Shown here piece after piece: positions 1 through 10,462 of a stretch of DNA of 51,794 bases (positions are counted from its first letter, which is position 1; each line of letters opens with the position of its first letter). Origin of the DNA: Actinomycetota bacterium. GTDB lineage: Bacteria > Actinomycetota > CADDZG01 > JAHWKV01 > JAOPZY01. The stretch covers positions 1 to 51,794 of the forward strand of contig JBOGWM010000282.1 in the NCBI GenBank assembly GCA_050693695.1, given 5' to 3'. A model generated the notes under the pieces. The model was not told the origin of the DNA, did no database searches, and worked only from the letters and a program-made list of their open reading frames with translations. Position numbers and translations under genes: made by a program.

Positions 1-350
<350 letters not shown>

Positions 351-399
351 CGTGAGCCGCCGGGGTGTCGGACTTCGGTGCTCTGCCGACGAATGCCCC

Positions 400-981
400 C
401 TATTTCGCGACCAGCCGCTCGGTGAACGCCAGGCCCTCCTCGCCATACATACGGTCGCGGACTTCGCCCAGCGGCCGGGCGACATCCTCGTCCTTGTCCT
501 CCCTGAGCTGCGCCAGCAGATCGGCCAGCTCGGCCTCGGATTCCTCGGGGCCGAGCCGCGCCTGCAGGTCCGCCGCGGCGCGGCGCCGGAAGTCGGCCGG
601 ATAGCCCTCGTACCATACGAAGAGCAGCCGCTCGAGCAGCGTCAGCACGTGATCCGCGAAGAAGAAGAAGGCCTCGATCAAATAGCGCCCGTCGACCTCG
701 TCGAGGCTCGCCCATGGCGTGTGCCGAGCAACGGATTGGAGATGGAGGTAGAGCATGGGGTCCGGGCGACACAGCTCGTAGAGGCGCCTCAGGAGCGGGT
801 ACTGCACGAGGTCGATATGCCAGCCCTGCGCGTACGCTTGGCGCCAAACGCGCACGAGTGGGTCGGGGGCACCACATGCCCCCACCTCTTCGAGCCAATT
901 CCGGTACCGGTCCGGCGCCTCGTCTGGATGGAACCAGGGCGCGACGCCGAGTCGGGATGCGATGTCTTCGAGGGTGCTCAC
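400..981 (-). CDS. Hypothetical 193-aa protein, translationally coupled to the upstream 134-aa ORF
   Basis: The GTG start at 981 overlaps the TGA of ORF 978-1382 (GTGA). The protein is acidic and helical-looking, with no TM segment, signal peptide or recognisable domain. Confidence 0.55.
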   Translation of the reverse strand: MSTLEDIASRLGVAPWFHPDEAPDRYRNWLEEVGACGAPDPLVRVWRQAYAQGWHIDLVQYPLLRRLYELCRPDPMLYLHLQSVARHTPWASLDEVDGRYLIEAFFFFADHVLTLLERLLFVWYEGYPADFRRRAAADLQARLGPEESEAELADLLAQLREDKDEDVARPLGEVRDRMYGEEGLAFTERLVAK

Positions 982-1382
982 AGTGCCATGTAGTCCGAGA
1001 TGCGAATGGTCCCGTCAGGCAGACGGATAACGTTATAGCGAATCGTGACGCCGTTGACCACGACCGTGGGCCCGGCGGGGTCCGCGATGCGCGGCGGCTG
1101 GCCCGTGAACGTCTCACCGCGCCCCATCCGGACCAGGACATCGCGGGCGATCGCGGTCTCCACCCCCTCTGCAGCCCCGGCGCGAGCCGGGTTGGTCGCC
1201 GGCCCGGTACGGTGCTGGCGGTACCCGTGACCGCGGTTGAACTGGAACGGACGACCGTCGACCGTCGCGGAGCTGACTTGGTTGGTGCCCGTGCCGCTCA
1301 CCGTGAACGTGGGCGGCGAGGCAGGCACAGGAGAAGGGCCTCGGTCGCCCCCGCGACTCAGCTTTGACTTCAGCCATACCAT
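978..1382 (-). CDS. Hypothetical 134-aa protein (small toxin-like domain; function unknown)
   Basis: Internal ATG (MVWLKSK...) of track ORF 978-1703, preceded by a GGGAGG SD. The C-terminus reads ...GVTIRYNVIRLPDGTIRISDYMAL. The stop overlaps the start of the next ORF. Confidence 0.5.
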   Translation of the reverse strand: MVWLKSKLSRGGDRGPSPVPASPPTFTVSGTGTNQVSSATVDGRPFQFNRGHGYRQHRTGPATNPARAGAAEGVETAIARDVLVRMGRGETFTGQPPRIADPAGPTVVVNGVTIRYNVIRLPDGTIRISDYMAL

Positions 1383-2052
1383 CGTCCGCCTCCCGGCTGA
1401 CGCCAAACCCCTCCCTATCTGTCCCAGGCGAGACTGCCCGAGCCCCACCCCCATAGCTCTGAGCAAAGCGAGAACGCGGGCAGCCGGACCCATCCCTGGA
1501 GGGAACCTGGCGGGGCGGGTGATGAGAGGACTTCCCCTGGAGCCTCCGAGGCCCCGGCCAGCGCCACGGATACCAAGCTCCGATCTCGGCGCAGCGCGCA
1601 TTTGCAGCGCCCATGATCTCGGCCTTGCGGACCCCCGCCTGCGCGCGAAGCTGGGTCTGCACCTCTCCCGCTCGCTCCTCGATCTCCCCCACGAACCTCG
1701 CAACCTTTTCCCGAGCAGCCCCGGGCTTGTACCCGGACGTCAGAGCCTCGACAAGGTCTTCCTCGTTGTAGTCGACGGGCTCTTTGGTCTCCGGCGTCTC
1801 GGAAGTCGTGGGCTGATCCTCGAAGCTTGCCGTATCGAGGGATTCGCGCGCGGGGGGCGGGGGTGGTTGGCGGGCACCGTCTTCCGCCAGTGCTGCGGCG
1901 GCCTTTGACCGCTCTTCGCGCGCCGCGCTAGCGGCTGTCTCTCGCAACTGGGTGACCGCCGCGGATGCCGCTTTCGCGGTCAGGTCATGCTTCTCCGAGG
2001 CCGCTTTCCCGGCACTCCCGTCACTACCGTCTCTGCTCACCGGGGTCGGCAA
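1114..2052 (-). CDS. Doubtful low-complexity Ala/Pro/Ser/Glu-rich ORF, possibly a frameshifted gene remnant
   Basis: TTG start without an SD. The first ~155 residues look protein-like (…DYNEEDLVEALTSGYKPGAAREKVARFVGEIEERAGEVQTQLRAQ…). The frame then degenerates to Arg/Gly-rich text and overlaps ORF 978-1382 by 269 nt. Confidence 0.2.
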   Translation of the reverse strand: MPTPVSRDGSDGSAGKAASEKHDLTAKAASAAVTQLRETAASAAREERSKAAAALAEDGARQPPPPPARESLDTASFEDQPTTSETPETKEPVDYNEEDLVEALTSGYKPGAAREKVARFVGEIEERAGEVQTQLRAQAGVRKAEIMGAANARCAEIGAWYPWRWPGPRRLQGKSSHHPPRQVPSRDGSGCPRSRFAQSYGGGARAVSPGTDREGFGVSREADDGMAEVKAESRGRPRPFSCACLAAHVHGERHGHQPSQLRDGRRSSVPVQPRSRVPPAPYRAGDQPGSRRGCRGGGDRDRPRCPGPDGAR

Positions 2053-2641
2053 CGCCGGGGCCCCGGCGCCTATGGGTGTCTTCGAAGGAGTGGAGGGCGG
2101 CGATTTAGGGGGGGAATCTCTACGGATGGCCTTGACGCCACCTCCCGATCCGGCGTTGGGCTTGGGATCTCCGAGCCTGCTGGCGCCGGAGGCTTGGTTG
2201 TGGCGTCCCCATCCCCGGGAGGCTGTTGATTCTGCGGACTATCGGGGACACCCGGCGCCTCTCCTTCTGCATTTGGTCTCTCGCGGCTTTCGGCTGGCTG
2301 CTCCTCGAGGGGGCCGCCAGCCTCGAGAAGCGTTCCGGATTGGCGGCGCTGTATCTCGGAGCCCGCGCCTCGTTGCGATCTGTCAGCATGGTGTGGAGCT
2401 AGCTAGGCCGGCTTGGCCCGAACGGACAACGACTCCGCCACATAGACATACCGGTCAATGGTTTCACGCACGCCAGATCAAAAACATCCGTCTCTGGGCA
2501 CTTCTTGAGGCAGTTCCTTCTTCCCTTCAGGGCAACGGGATCTTCTCTCGTGCCCGATCCGGCGCTGACCCCCACATGGAGCCCCACCACCTCGCCACCC
2601 ACTGCTGCGCCGGATGAGCCCGGACACGGATACCGGGAGCT

Positions 2642-3307
2642 TCAGGCGAGAGGTGGCTTGTGGCCCGGGCCGGGCGTCCGGTGGGTGAGCACCGGTTCCA
2701 GCAGGGAGGCGAGCCGCCCGGCGGTCTCGAAGAGCGCCACGGCCTGAGAGACGTCGTCATCGAGGTGGGAGAGCAGATCCACGCCCAGGTAGAGCGCGAC
2801 CACCGCGAAAGCCAGCGTCCTCGGCTGGATCATCCCCTCGAGGACCGAACCGGTCACCACCTCCCCGATGATCCCCTCCACCAACCCGACCCAGGGCTCC
2901 ACCCTGGCCACCACCTCCGGCGCCAGGTCGGGCCGCGACAAGCTACCCGCGATCAGCTCCGAGATGACCGTGATATGGCCCCGCTCGAGATCCTCCCGAT
3001 ACAGCTCCGTCGCCACCTGGATCCGCTCCTCGATCCTGCCGGCGCCGGCCAGAGCCTCCGTGTACCGCTCCATCCGCTCCGATGCGGTGCTGTCCAGGGC
3101 GGCCAGCAGCAGATCGTTGAGGGTGCCGAAGTGGTAGAAGATGAGGGCCTGGTTGAAGCCGCCCCGCCGGGCGATCGCCCGAGCGCTCGTCCCGGCGAAC
3201 CCTTCCTCCTTCAGCGTCTCGAGCGCGGCCTCGACGATCCGATCCTTGGTGGTCCCTCCCGAGGCCCCCGACTCCGGCCTCGCGCCCGCTGGCCCGGCTT
3301 CATTCAT
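2642..3307 (-). CDS. TetR/AcrR family transcriptional regulator
   Basis: N-terminal HTH TKDRIVEAALETLKEEGFAGTSARAIARRGGFNQALIFYHFGTLNDLL followed by a helical ligand domain. The start is placed at MNEAG (ATG 3307) rather than track start 3367, because the DUF72 gene begins at 3327 on the other strand. Confidence 0.85.
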   Translation of the reverse strand: MNEAGPAGARPESGASGGTTKDRIVEAALETLKEEGFAGTSARAIARRGGFNQALIFYHFGTLNDLLLAALDSTASERMERYTEALAGAGRIEERIQVATELYREDLERGHITVISELIAGSLSRPDLAPEVVARVEPWVGLVEGIIGEVVTGSVLEGMIQPRTLAFAVVALYLGVDLLSHLDDDVSQAVALFETAGRLASLLEPVLTHRTPGPGHKPPLA

Positions 3308-3326
3308 CCGCCTAGGATAGGGCCGA
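3308..3326. promoter_or_regulatory. 19-nt divergent promoter core with back-to-back TANNNT boxes (both genes probably leaderless)
   Basis: Plus-strand TAGGAT at 3313-3318 ends 8 nt before the GTG at 3327. Minus-strand TATCCT (plus 3314-3319) ends 6 nt before the ATG at 3307. A CCTAGG palindrome sits at 3311-3316. Confidence 0.4.
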
Positions 3327-4220
3327 GTGGGTAGGGTTTTCATCGGTACCGCCTCCTGGACGGACAAGACGCTCGTCCAGAGCGGAGGCTTCTATCCCCC
3401 TCACGCCAAGACGCCGGAGCAGCGCCTGCGCCACTACGCCGAGCACTTTCCCATCGTCGAGGTCGATTCGACCTATTACTTCCCCCCCACCGGGCGCAAC
3501 GCCGCCCTGTGGGCCTCCCGGACGCCGCCGCATTTCACCTTCCACATCAAGGCCTACTCGCTCCTCACGCAGCATCCGACGCGCCCCTGGTCGCTCCACG
3601 AAGACCTGCGGCCGCCCCCCTCAAAGGAGAAAAAGCGCTTCCTCTACCCTTCCCATCTCCCGCCGGAGGCGATGGAGGAAGTCTGGCGGCGCTTCGCCGA
3701 GGCGCTGATGCCGCTTCACTCCGCAGGCAAGCTGGGCGTGGTCCACTTCCAGTTCCCGGAATGGTTCCTCCCGGGAAGCAGGAGCCGGGACTACATCCTG
3801 GAGTGCGCCTCCCGCCTTCCCGACTTCTCCATCGCGGTGGAGCTGCGCAACGCGGCCTGGACGAACGAGCGCAACCTGGCGCGCACCCTCGACTTCCTCA
3901 CCGAGCACCGCCTCCCCTATACCTGCGTGGACATGCCCCAGGGCTTCCGGTCCAGCCTCCCACCCATCGCGGCGGTGACCAGCCCGGACCTGGCCTACGT
4001 CCGCTTTCACGGCCGCAACCGGCAAACGTGGGAACAGAAGGCGGAGACCGCCACCATGCGGTTCGCCTACCTCTACTCGCAAGACGAGCTCGCCGGCTGG
4101 GTGCCCAAGATCCAGGACCTCGCCTCCCGGGCCGGGGAGGTCCACGTGCTGATGAACAACTGCTACCGTGACTGCGCGGTCCAAGGGGCGCAGCAGCTCG
4201 CCTCGCTCCTGGAGGCCTGA
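3327..4220 (+). CDS. DUF72 (UPF0759) family protein
   Basis: GTG start. GTASWTDKTLV..GFYPP......RLRHYAEHFPIVEVDSTYY and the later FQFPEWF and VRFHGRN motifs are typical of DUF72. Confidence 0.8.
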   Translation: MGRVFIGTASWTDKTLVQSGGFYPPHAKTPEQRLRHYAEHFPIVEVDSTYYFPPTGRNAALWASRTPPHFTFHIKAYSLLTQHPTRPWSLHEDLRPPPSKEKKRFLYPSHLPPEAMEEVWRRFAEALMPLHSAGKLGVVHFQFPEWFLPGSRSRDYILECASRLPDFSIAVELRNAAWTNERNLARTLDFLTEHRLPYTCVDMPQGFRSSLPPIAAVTSPDLAYVRFHGRNRQTWEQKAETATMRFAYLYSQDELAGWVPKIQDLASRAGEVHVLMNNCYRDCAVQGAQQLASLLEA

Positions 4221-4412
4221 ATCTCAGACCCGGGCAGTCCCCGGTCACCTGCTCGGCGGGTCTGCTGGCGAAAACGACCGGGCCGCTTCTTGGCGGCCAA
4301 GGCAGCATGGCTCGAAGCTCGGTCCTGGCTTTGGAGGAGCATCACCGGGAGAATAAACGGAAGAGGAGAGACGTTGTGTCTTTCGAGATCCCCACGAGTT
4401 GGAGGTAGAGAT

Positions 4413-4826
4413 ATGTCAACGGAGACCAAGGCCGTCGAGATCCCGGAGAGCCATCTGGAGATTCTCCAGAAGAAAGGCTTTGCCCATGTGGCCACCATCG
4501 GCCCTGGCGGTGAGCCTCACTCCAGCCCCGTCTGGTACGACTGGGACGGAGAGTACATCCTGTTCAGCCAGACGAAGACCCGTCGGAAATATCGCAACCT
4601 GCAAAAGGACGCCCGGATCGCGCTCTCCGTCCTGGACCCCGATAATCCCTACCACTATCTCGAGATCCGGGGAGTTGTGCACTCCGTCGAGGACGATCCC
4701 AACTCCGCCTTCATCGATTCGCTTTCCAAGAAGTACCTGGGTCTGGAGAAGTATCCCTACCCCCAGCCGGGAGACGAGCGGATAGTTCTGAAGGTGACCC
4801 CCTCGCACCTGAGCTTCATGGGGTAA
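4413..4826 (+). CDS. PPOX-class (pyridoxamine 5'-phosphate oxidase family / F420-dependent-like) protein
   Basis: ATG at 4413 with GGAGG at 4401-4405. The sequence ...GFAHVATIGPGGEPHSSPVWYDWDGEYILFSQTKTRRKYRNLQKDARIALSVLDPDNPYHYLEIRG is a PPOX split-barrel signature. Confidence 0.8.
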   Translation: MSTETKAVEIPESHLEILQKKGFAHVATIGPGGEPHSSPVWYDWDGEYILFSQTKTRRKYRNLQKDARIALSVLDPDNPYHYLEIRGVVHSVEDDPNSAFIDSLSKKYLGLEKYPYPQPGDERIVLKVTPSHLSFMG

Positions 4827-4846
4827 GCCCGAGAGGAAAGCGGGCT
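4826..4846. terminator. Hairpin between convergent genes (possible bidirectional terminator)
   Basis: AGCCCG (4826-4831), a 9-nt loop, then CGGGCT (4841-4846). It lies directly after the TAA of the PPOX gene and before the 3' end of ltaE. There is no U-tract. Confidence 0.3.
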
Positions 4847-4858
4847 ACCGCCCCCGAT

Positions 4859-5944
4859 TCATCGAAGCGCCTGCCCGATCTGATCGAGAGCGTATTCGAT
4901 GTCATCGGCGGAGACGTCCTTGTGGGTGACCATGCGCACCATGCCCTCTCCAAAGGGAAAGAGCAGGACCGCCCGCCGGGCCATCTCCTCGGCGAAACCC
5001 TGGGGAGTGAACCCGAGGGGCGCCGTGCGCACCATGACGATGTTCGTCTCTATGCCGGCGGGCTCCAGCACCCCTTCTACCAGCGCGGCGATCCCCTCCC
5101 CCAGCCGGCGGGCGTGGGCGTGGTCCTCGGCGAGACGGTCGATCATCCGCTCCAGGCCCACCAGGCAGGCGGCGGCGAGCACGCCCACCTGGCGCATCCC
5201 GCCGCCGTGCAGCCTGCGGAAGCGGCGAGCCCGGTCGATAAGGTCGGCGGGGCCGATGACCATCGACCCCACCGGGGCCCCCAGACCCTTCGAGAATGAG
5301 CACATCATCCCGTCGCTGAGGCCACACCACTCCGCCACCGGAACACCGGCAGCCACCGAGGCGTTGAAGATGCGGGCCCCATCGACATAGACGGACAGGC
5401 CATGCTCATCGGCGATCTTGCGAACCGCCCGCAGGTCTTCGACCGGATAGACGGTCCCGCCCTCCTGGTTGTGGGTGTTTTCGAGCGCGATCACCCGGCT
5501 CCTGGGAGCGACGTCGGACCGGGGACGAATCGCCTTCACGATGTCGTCGGGGTCGAGCACTCCCCCGCGCCCGGGCAGAGGCCATGCCTGGACTCCGCAA
5601 AACGCCGCCAACGAGGCCCCTTCGTGGTTGAGAACGTGGGCGCTGCGGTGACAGATCAGCTCGTCGCCCGGCCGGGTCATCGCCTCCAGGGCGATGAGGT
5701 TGGCCATCCTGCCGCTGGGAACGAACACCGACGCCTCGGCTCCGAACCGAGCACAGACGGCAACCTCCAGCGCATTGGCGGTGGGATCCTCGCCCAGGAA
5801 GTCGTCTCCCACCTCGGCTCGGGCCATGGCCTCGCGCATCTCGGGAGTGGGTTGCGTCACGGTGTCGGAACGCAGGTCCACGACCCGGTCAGTCCCCCGT
5901 ACGGACGGGAGCCCCGCGTCTCTGAGGGAAGCCTTGCCTGGCAC
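4859..5944 (-). CDS. ltaE: Low-specificity L-threonine aldolase
   Basis: DLRSDTVTQPTPEMREAM...GDDFLGEDPT...VPSGRMANL...ALENTHN..GG and the PLP-lysine context SFSKGLGAPVGS. Confidence 0.85.
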   Translation of the reverse strand: MPGKASLRDAGLPSVRGTDRVVDLRSDTVTQPTPEMREAMARAEVGDDFLGEDPTANALEVAVCARFGAEASVFVPSGRMANLIALEAMTRPGDELICHRSAHVLNHEGASLAAFCGVQAWPLPGRGGVLDPDDIVKAIRPRSDVAPRSRVIALENTHNQEGGTVYPVEDLRAVRKIADEHGLSVYVDGARIFNASVAAGVPVAEWCGLSDGMMCSFSKGLGAPVGSMVIGPADLIDRARRFRRLHGGGMRQVGVLAAACLVGLERMIDRLAEDHAHARRLGEGIAALVEGVLEPAGIETNIVMVRTAPLGFTPQGFAEEMARRAVLLFPFGEGMVRMVTHKDVSADDIEYALDQIGQALR

Positions 5945-5997
5945 CCGGAGAGTCTACCGTCCGGTTACCGTGCCCGAATGTGGGCTAAGATCCGGGA

Positions 5998-6948
5998 ATG
6001 CTGTTCCCACCCATGCCGCTGCAAGCCTGGGCCGACACCAAGGCGACGCTGCACCGGTTTGCGCAGATCGTGGGTAAGGTCCGCCTGGCCGCCAGCGTTC
6101 GCCGCAACCACTGGTGGAACGTACCGTTCCATCTGACTGGGCGCGGTATCACCACCCGGCCCATGGGCACTGACCCGATCTTCACCATCGACTTCGACTT
6201 CGTTGATCATCGGCTGCTCGTCCACGCCATCACCGGGGAGACCGTTTCCTTTCCCCTGATCGGACAATCGGTGGCGTCGTTCTATCACCACACCCTCGAG
6301 GCGCTCCGCACGCTCGGCGTCGAGGCGACCATCGACAAGCCGGAGCCGTTCGATCTGCCCGACTCCACCCCGTTCGCGTACGACACCGACCATGCGGCCT
6401 ACGACTCCATCCGGGTCACCCGCTACTGGCGGGTGCTCAGCCAGGTGGCCATCGTGCTCGAGGAGTTTGCAGCCCGTTTCTCCGGCAAGACGAGCCCGGT
6501 GCACCATTTCTGGCACACGTTCGACATCGCGGTCACTCGCTTCTCGGAGCGGCGGATCGATCACCCGCCGGAGGTCGATCCCGTCACCCGGGAGGCCTAC
6601 TCCAGGGAGGTCATCAGCTTCGGGTTCTGGTTCGGTGACGACAAGTTCGCCGAGCCCGCGTTCTACTCCTACACCGCTCCGGAACCGGAGGGGCTGGCGG
6701 ACGAACCGCTGGAGCCCGAGGCCGCCCGGTGGGTGGCGGGCAACGGGAGCCATCTGGCGGTGCTGCGCTACGAGGACTGCCGCGCGCAGCGTGACCCGTG
6801 GGCCAGCGCGCTCGAGTTCTTCGAGAGCGCCTACCAGGCCGGGGCACGGCGCGCCGGATGGGACATAGCCCGGCTCACCTCCCCCGGCGGCGTGACGGAC
6901 CCGGTCGAGCTGAAGTCCGAAGCGACTCCCAGTGGCCGGGCTATTTGA
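5998..6948 (+). CDS. DUF5996 family protein
   Basis: [21 protein letters not shown]....[17 protein letters not shown] and the rest of the 316-aa product resemble the DUF5996 family as I recall it. There is an 8-nt convergent overlap with the aminotransferase gene. Confidence 0.7.
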   Translation: MLFPPMPLQAWADTKATLHRFAQIVGKVRLAASVRRNHWWNVPFHLTGRGITTRPMGTDPIFTIDFDFVDHRLLVHAITGETVSFPLIGQSVASFYHHTLEALRTLGVEATIDKPEPFDLPDSTPFAYDTDHAAYDSIRVTRYWRVLSQVAIVLEEFAARFSGKTSPVHHFWHTFDIAVTRFSERRIDHPPEVDPVTREAYSREVISFGFWFGDDKFAEPAFYSYTAPEPEGLADEPLEPEAARWVAGNGSHLAVLRYEDCRAQRDPWASALEFFESAYQAGARRAGWDIARLTSPGGVTDPVELKSEATPSGRAI

Positions 6949-8161
6949 GAGACGCTGCCCCGGAGCCTCGCGCCGCCGAGGCGGGCTCGGGGCCTTGCTC
7001 GAGGGCGCGACGGATGCCGCGGATGGCCTGGCGGATCCGGTGGTCATTCTCGACCAGGGCAAAGCGAACGTGGCCATCTCCCGCCCTCCCGAACCCGATC
7101 CCCGGCGACACCGCCACCTTGGCCTCCCTGAGTAACAGCTTGGAGAACTCGAGAGACCCCATCTCGGCGAAGGGCTCGGGAATGGGGGCCCAGGCGAACA
7201 TGGTGGCGGGCGGGACCGGGATCTCCCACCCGCACCGGGCGAGGCCGGCGACGAGGGTGTCCCTGCGGGACCGGTAGATCTCCCGGATGCCCTTGGGGGC
7301 CTCGCTCATCTCGTTGAGGGCGATGATCCCCGCGATCTGGATGGGCTGGAAAGCCCCGTAATCCAGGTAGGACTTCAGCCTGCCGAGCGCGCCGATGATC
7401 TCCGCCTTGCCGCAGCCGAAGGCCAGGCGCCACCCGGCCATCGAGTAGGACTTGGACAGGGAGAAGAACTCCACCGCCACCTCTTTGGCCCCCGGCGCCT
7501 GCAGGATGGAAGGGGCTCGCTCCTGATCGAACACCAGGTCGGCATAGGCCATGTCGTGAACGACGATCACCTCTCGTTGGCGGGCGAAGGCCACCAGGCG
7601 CTCGAAGAACTCGAGGTCCACCACCGCGGTGGTGGGGTTGTGCGGGAACGAGACCAGGATCACGCGAGGCGGGGGGGCGGCGTGCTCGTAGGCCAGGGTG
7701 AGATCCGCGAAGAAATCGGCTCCCAGCGACATCGGGACATGCTGGACGCTAGCCCCCGCAAGCACCGGAGCGTAGGTGTGGATGGGATAGGTGGGCTCGG
7801 GGACGAGGCAGGAGTCGCCGGGCTCCACCAGGATCCACATCAGGTGACTGAGCCCCTCCTTCGCCCCGATGACGGCGATGGCCTCGGTGTCGGGGTCGAG
7901 AGAGACCTCGTAGTTTCTCAGGTACCAGTCGCAGATGGCCCGCCGCAGCTTGGGCAGGCCCCGGGAGGCGGAGTAGCGGTGGTTGCGAGGGTTGTGAGCG
8001 GCCTCGACCAGCTTGTCGACGATCGGACCCGGGGTGGGGAGATCGGGATTGCCCATCCCCAGGTCGATGATGTCCTCCCCCTCCCTGCGGGCGGCCGCTT
8101 TCAGCTCATTGACGATCGCGAAAACGTAAGGGGGAAACCGTCCGATCCGTCGAAATTCCAT
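6941..8161 (-). CDS. Pyridoxal-phosphate-dependent aminotransferase, class I/II (AlaT/AspC-like)
   Basis: [36 protein letters not shown] and the PLP-lysine motif [15 protein letters not shown]. Confidence 0.85.
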   Translation of the reverse strand: MEFRRIGRFPPYVFAIVNELKAAARREGEDIIDLGMGNPDLPTPGPIVDKLVEAAHNPRNHRYSASRGLPKLRRAICDWYLRNYEVSLDPDTEAIAVIGAKEGLSHLMWILVEPGDSCLVPEPTYPIHTYAPVLAGASVQHVPMSLGADFFADLTLAYEHAAPPPRVILVSFPHNPTTAVVDLEFFERLVAFARQREVIVVHDMAYADLVFDQERAPSILQAPGAKEVAVEFFSLSKSYSMAGWRLAFGCGKAEIIGALGRLKSYLDYGAFQPIQIAGIIALNEMSEAPKGIREIYRSRRDTLVAGLARCGWEIPVPPATMFAWAPIPEPFAEMGSLEFSKLLLREAKVAVSPGIGFGRAGDGHVRFALVENDHRIRQAIRGIRRALEQGPEPASAARGSGAASLK

Positions 8162-8226
8162 CCGTTCATCACCCGCCTCGGTGGTCGATGTCGAGAGTGC
8201 AACCTACACCGTTCGACCGCGCAGCG

Positions 8227-10452
8227 TCAGGATCTGCGGAGCCGCAGGGCGTTCGCCACGACGCTGACGCTGGACAGGGCCATGGCTCCGGCGGCGACCG
8301 CCGGCGAGAGTTTGCCCAGGGCGGCGAGAGGGATCGCGGCCACGTTGTAGGAGAAGGCCCAGAAGAGGTTCTGGTAGATCGCCCGCAGGGTACGTCTCGC
8401 GAGGCCAATCGCCCGGGGGATGGCTCGGGGGTCGTCCCCGATGATGGTGATGTCGGAGGCCTCCACCGCCACGTCGGTCCCCGTGCCGAAGGCGATGCCG
8501 AGGTCCGCCTGGGCCAGGGCGGGGGCGTCATTGATCCCATCCCCCACCATGGCGACCGTCTTGCCCTCCGCCTGGAGACGCTGAACCTCCTTCACCTTCC
8601 CCGACGGCAGGACTCCCGCGACGACCCGGGAGATCCCGAGCTCCCAGGCGACACGTGCGGCAGCCCGCTGGTTGTCGCCGGTCAGCAGGACCAGCTCGAC
8701 GCCCTGGGCCTCGAGCTCCGCCACGGCCTCCGCCGCCCCCGGCTTCACCCGGTCGGAGAGGGCGATCAGTCCCCGCGCCCGGCCCTCCCAGCCCACCATC
8801 ACGACCGTCCAACCCTGCGCCTCCAGGCTCTCGGCGCGCTCCGCGAGCTCCGAGCAGCCCATGAGGCGGTGCTGGACCAGGAGCTGCGACTTGCCGACCA
8901 CCACCTCGTCGCCGTCCAGCACCCCTCGTACCCCGAAGCCGGAGGCCGCCTCGAAGAGCTCCAACGCCGGGAGGCGAAGGCCCCGGGCAGCCGCGGCTTC
9001 CACGATGGCCCGGCCGATGGGATGCTCCGATCCCGCCTCCACCGCCGCCGCCCGGGAGAGCACCGTGTCCGGATCCGTCGGAACATGATTCCAGGTGTCC
9101 GCCACGACCTCGGTCACCGCCATCTTGGCTTCGGTCATCGTCCCGGTCTTGTCCAGGACCACGACCTGCACCCTTCCCGAGCGCTCCAGCACCTCTCCCC
9201 CCCGGATCAGCACGCCCAGCTCCGCCCCCCGCCCGGTCCCGGCCATGAGGGCGGTGGGAGTGGCGAGGCCCATGGCGCACGGGCAGGCGATGATGAGAAC
9301 CGCGATGGCGGCCGGGAGGGACTGCGCCGGAGACCCCGTGACGAGCAGCCAGGCCCCGAAGGTGATCCCGGCCAGGACCAGCACGGCGGGGACGAAGATC
9401 CCGGCCACCCGGTCGGCGAGCCGCTGCACGGGGGCCTTGGACCCCTGAGCCTGCTTGAGCAGGGTCACGATCTGAGCCAGAGCGCTATCCGCCCCCACCT
9501 TCGTCGCTTCCAGGACGAGGCGGCCCTGCTGGTTCATCGTAGCCCCGAAGACCTCGTCGCCCGCGCTCTTATCGACCGGCAAGGACTCTCCGGTGAGCAT
9601 GGACTCATCCACGCTGCTGGATCCCTGGCGGACCACCCCGTCGACGGGGACCTTGTCTCCGGGCCGGACCACCACCAGATCGCCGGGCTTGACCTGGTCG
9701 AGACCGACCCGGACCTCCGACCCGTCCCGGAGCACGGTGGCCTCCTTTGCGCCGAGGGCCACAAGCTTGCGGATCGCCGAGGTGGTGCGGGAGATCGCCC
9801 GGGCCTCGAAGTACCTGCCCGCCAGGACGAGGGTGATGATCACCGCCGCGGTCTCGAAATAGACCGAGTGATGCCGCCCGGTCATCGCCGCCCACACGCT
9901 GTAGCCATAGGCGGCTAACGTCCCGATGGCGACCAGGGTGTCCATGTTGGTCTGGCGGTGTCGGGCCTTGGCGACGGCCGAGGCAAGGAAGGGCCATCCG
10001 GCCCAGAGCTGGACCGGGGTGGCCAGCACCAACCCGACCCAGGCCGCGGCCGACATGCCGATGCGTTCCGCCAGCCCCGGAAAGAAGTGCAGGAGGACAA
10101 GGGGCACCGAGAGAGCCCCCGACACCAGCGCCCGTCGGGCGATCGGGGCCGGGTCCGTCCCCTCACCGGCCCTCCCCGCCTGCGGACGCAGCCGATAGCC
10201 GATTCCGGCGACCGCTCCAACCAGCGCTTGGGGTGCCAGGGGACCCGAGAGCGACACCACGGCCTCCTGCGCGGCGAAGTTCACCGCCGCTGCCGCCACC
10301 CCGGGTTGGCGGCTGAGAATCCTCTCGACCCGCGCGGCGCAGGAAGCGCAGGTCATCCCCTCCACATCGAAGGTGAAAGACTCCTTCGCCGCCATCTCGC
10401 GGGGAGAGGACGCCTCCGTCATCCGGTCGCTTGCCTTCATCTCTCTTCTCAC
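8227..10452 (-). CDS. copA: Copper-translocating P1B-type ATPase
   Basis: N-terminal HMA domain [17 protein letters not shown] motif [12 protein letters not shown], phosphorylation site DKTGTMT and hinge [10 protein letters not shown]. The start is ambiguous (GTG 10452 or ATG 10440). Confidence 0.9.
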   Translation of the reverse strand: MRREMKASDRMTEASSPREMAAKESFTFDVEGMTCASCAARVERILSRQPGVAAAAVNFAAQEAVVSLSGPLAPQALVGAVAGIGYRLRPQAGRAGEGTDPAPIARRALVSGALSVPLVLLHFFPGLAERIGMSAAAWVGLVLATPVQLWAGWPFLASAVAKARHRQTNMDTLVAIGTLAAYGYSVWAAMTGRHHSVYFETAAVIITLVLAGRYFEARAISRTTSAIRKLVALGAKEATVLRDGSEVRVGLDQVKPGDLVVVRPGDKVPVDGVVRQGSSSVDESMLTGESLPVDKSAGDEVFGATMNQQGRLVLEATKVGADSALAQIVTLLKQAQGSKAPVQRLADRVAGIFVPAVLVLAGITFGAWLLVTGSPAQSLPAAIAVLIIACPCAMGLATPTALMAGTGRGAELGVLIRGGEVLERSGRVQVVVLDKTGTMTEAKMAVTEVVADTWNHVPTDPDTVLSRAAAVEAGSEHPIGRAIVEAAAARGLRLPALELFEAASGFGVRGVLDGDEVVVGKSQLLVQHRLMGCSELAERAESLEAQGWTVVMVGWEGRARGLIALSDRVKPGAAEAVAELEAQGVELVLLTGDNQRAAARVAWELGISRVVAGVLPSGKVKEVQRLQAEGKTVAMVGDGINDAPALAQADLGIAFGTGTDVAVEASDITIIGDDPRAIPRAIGLARRTLRAIYQNLFWAFSYNVAAIPLAALGKLSPAVAAGAMALSSVSVVANALRLRRS

Positions 10453-10462
10453 TTCCCCTCCG

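Noticed and set aside
2120-2389. 89-aa minus-strand ORF (MLTDRNEARAPRYSAANPERF…)
   Set aside because: It has no SD, and its Arg/Gln-rich second half looks like a shadow frame. It is treated as part of the unresolved, possibly frameshifted 1383-2640 region rather than as a gene.
5965-7077. 370-aa minus-strand ORF over the DUF5996 gene, and the 279-aa plus ORF at 154-993 over the 193-aa gene
   Set aside because: These are antisense shadow ORFs with low-complexity composition, and they conflict with better-supported genes.
8188-9918. 576-aa plus-strand ORF antisense to copA
   Set aside because: Its Arg/Gly/Pro/His-rich composition is typical of shadow frames in high-GC DNA. The copA frame carries all the P-type ATPase motifs.
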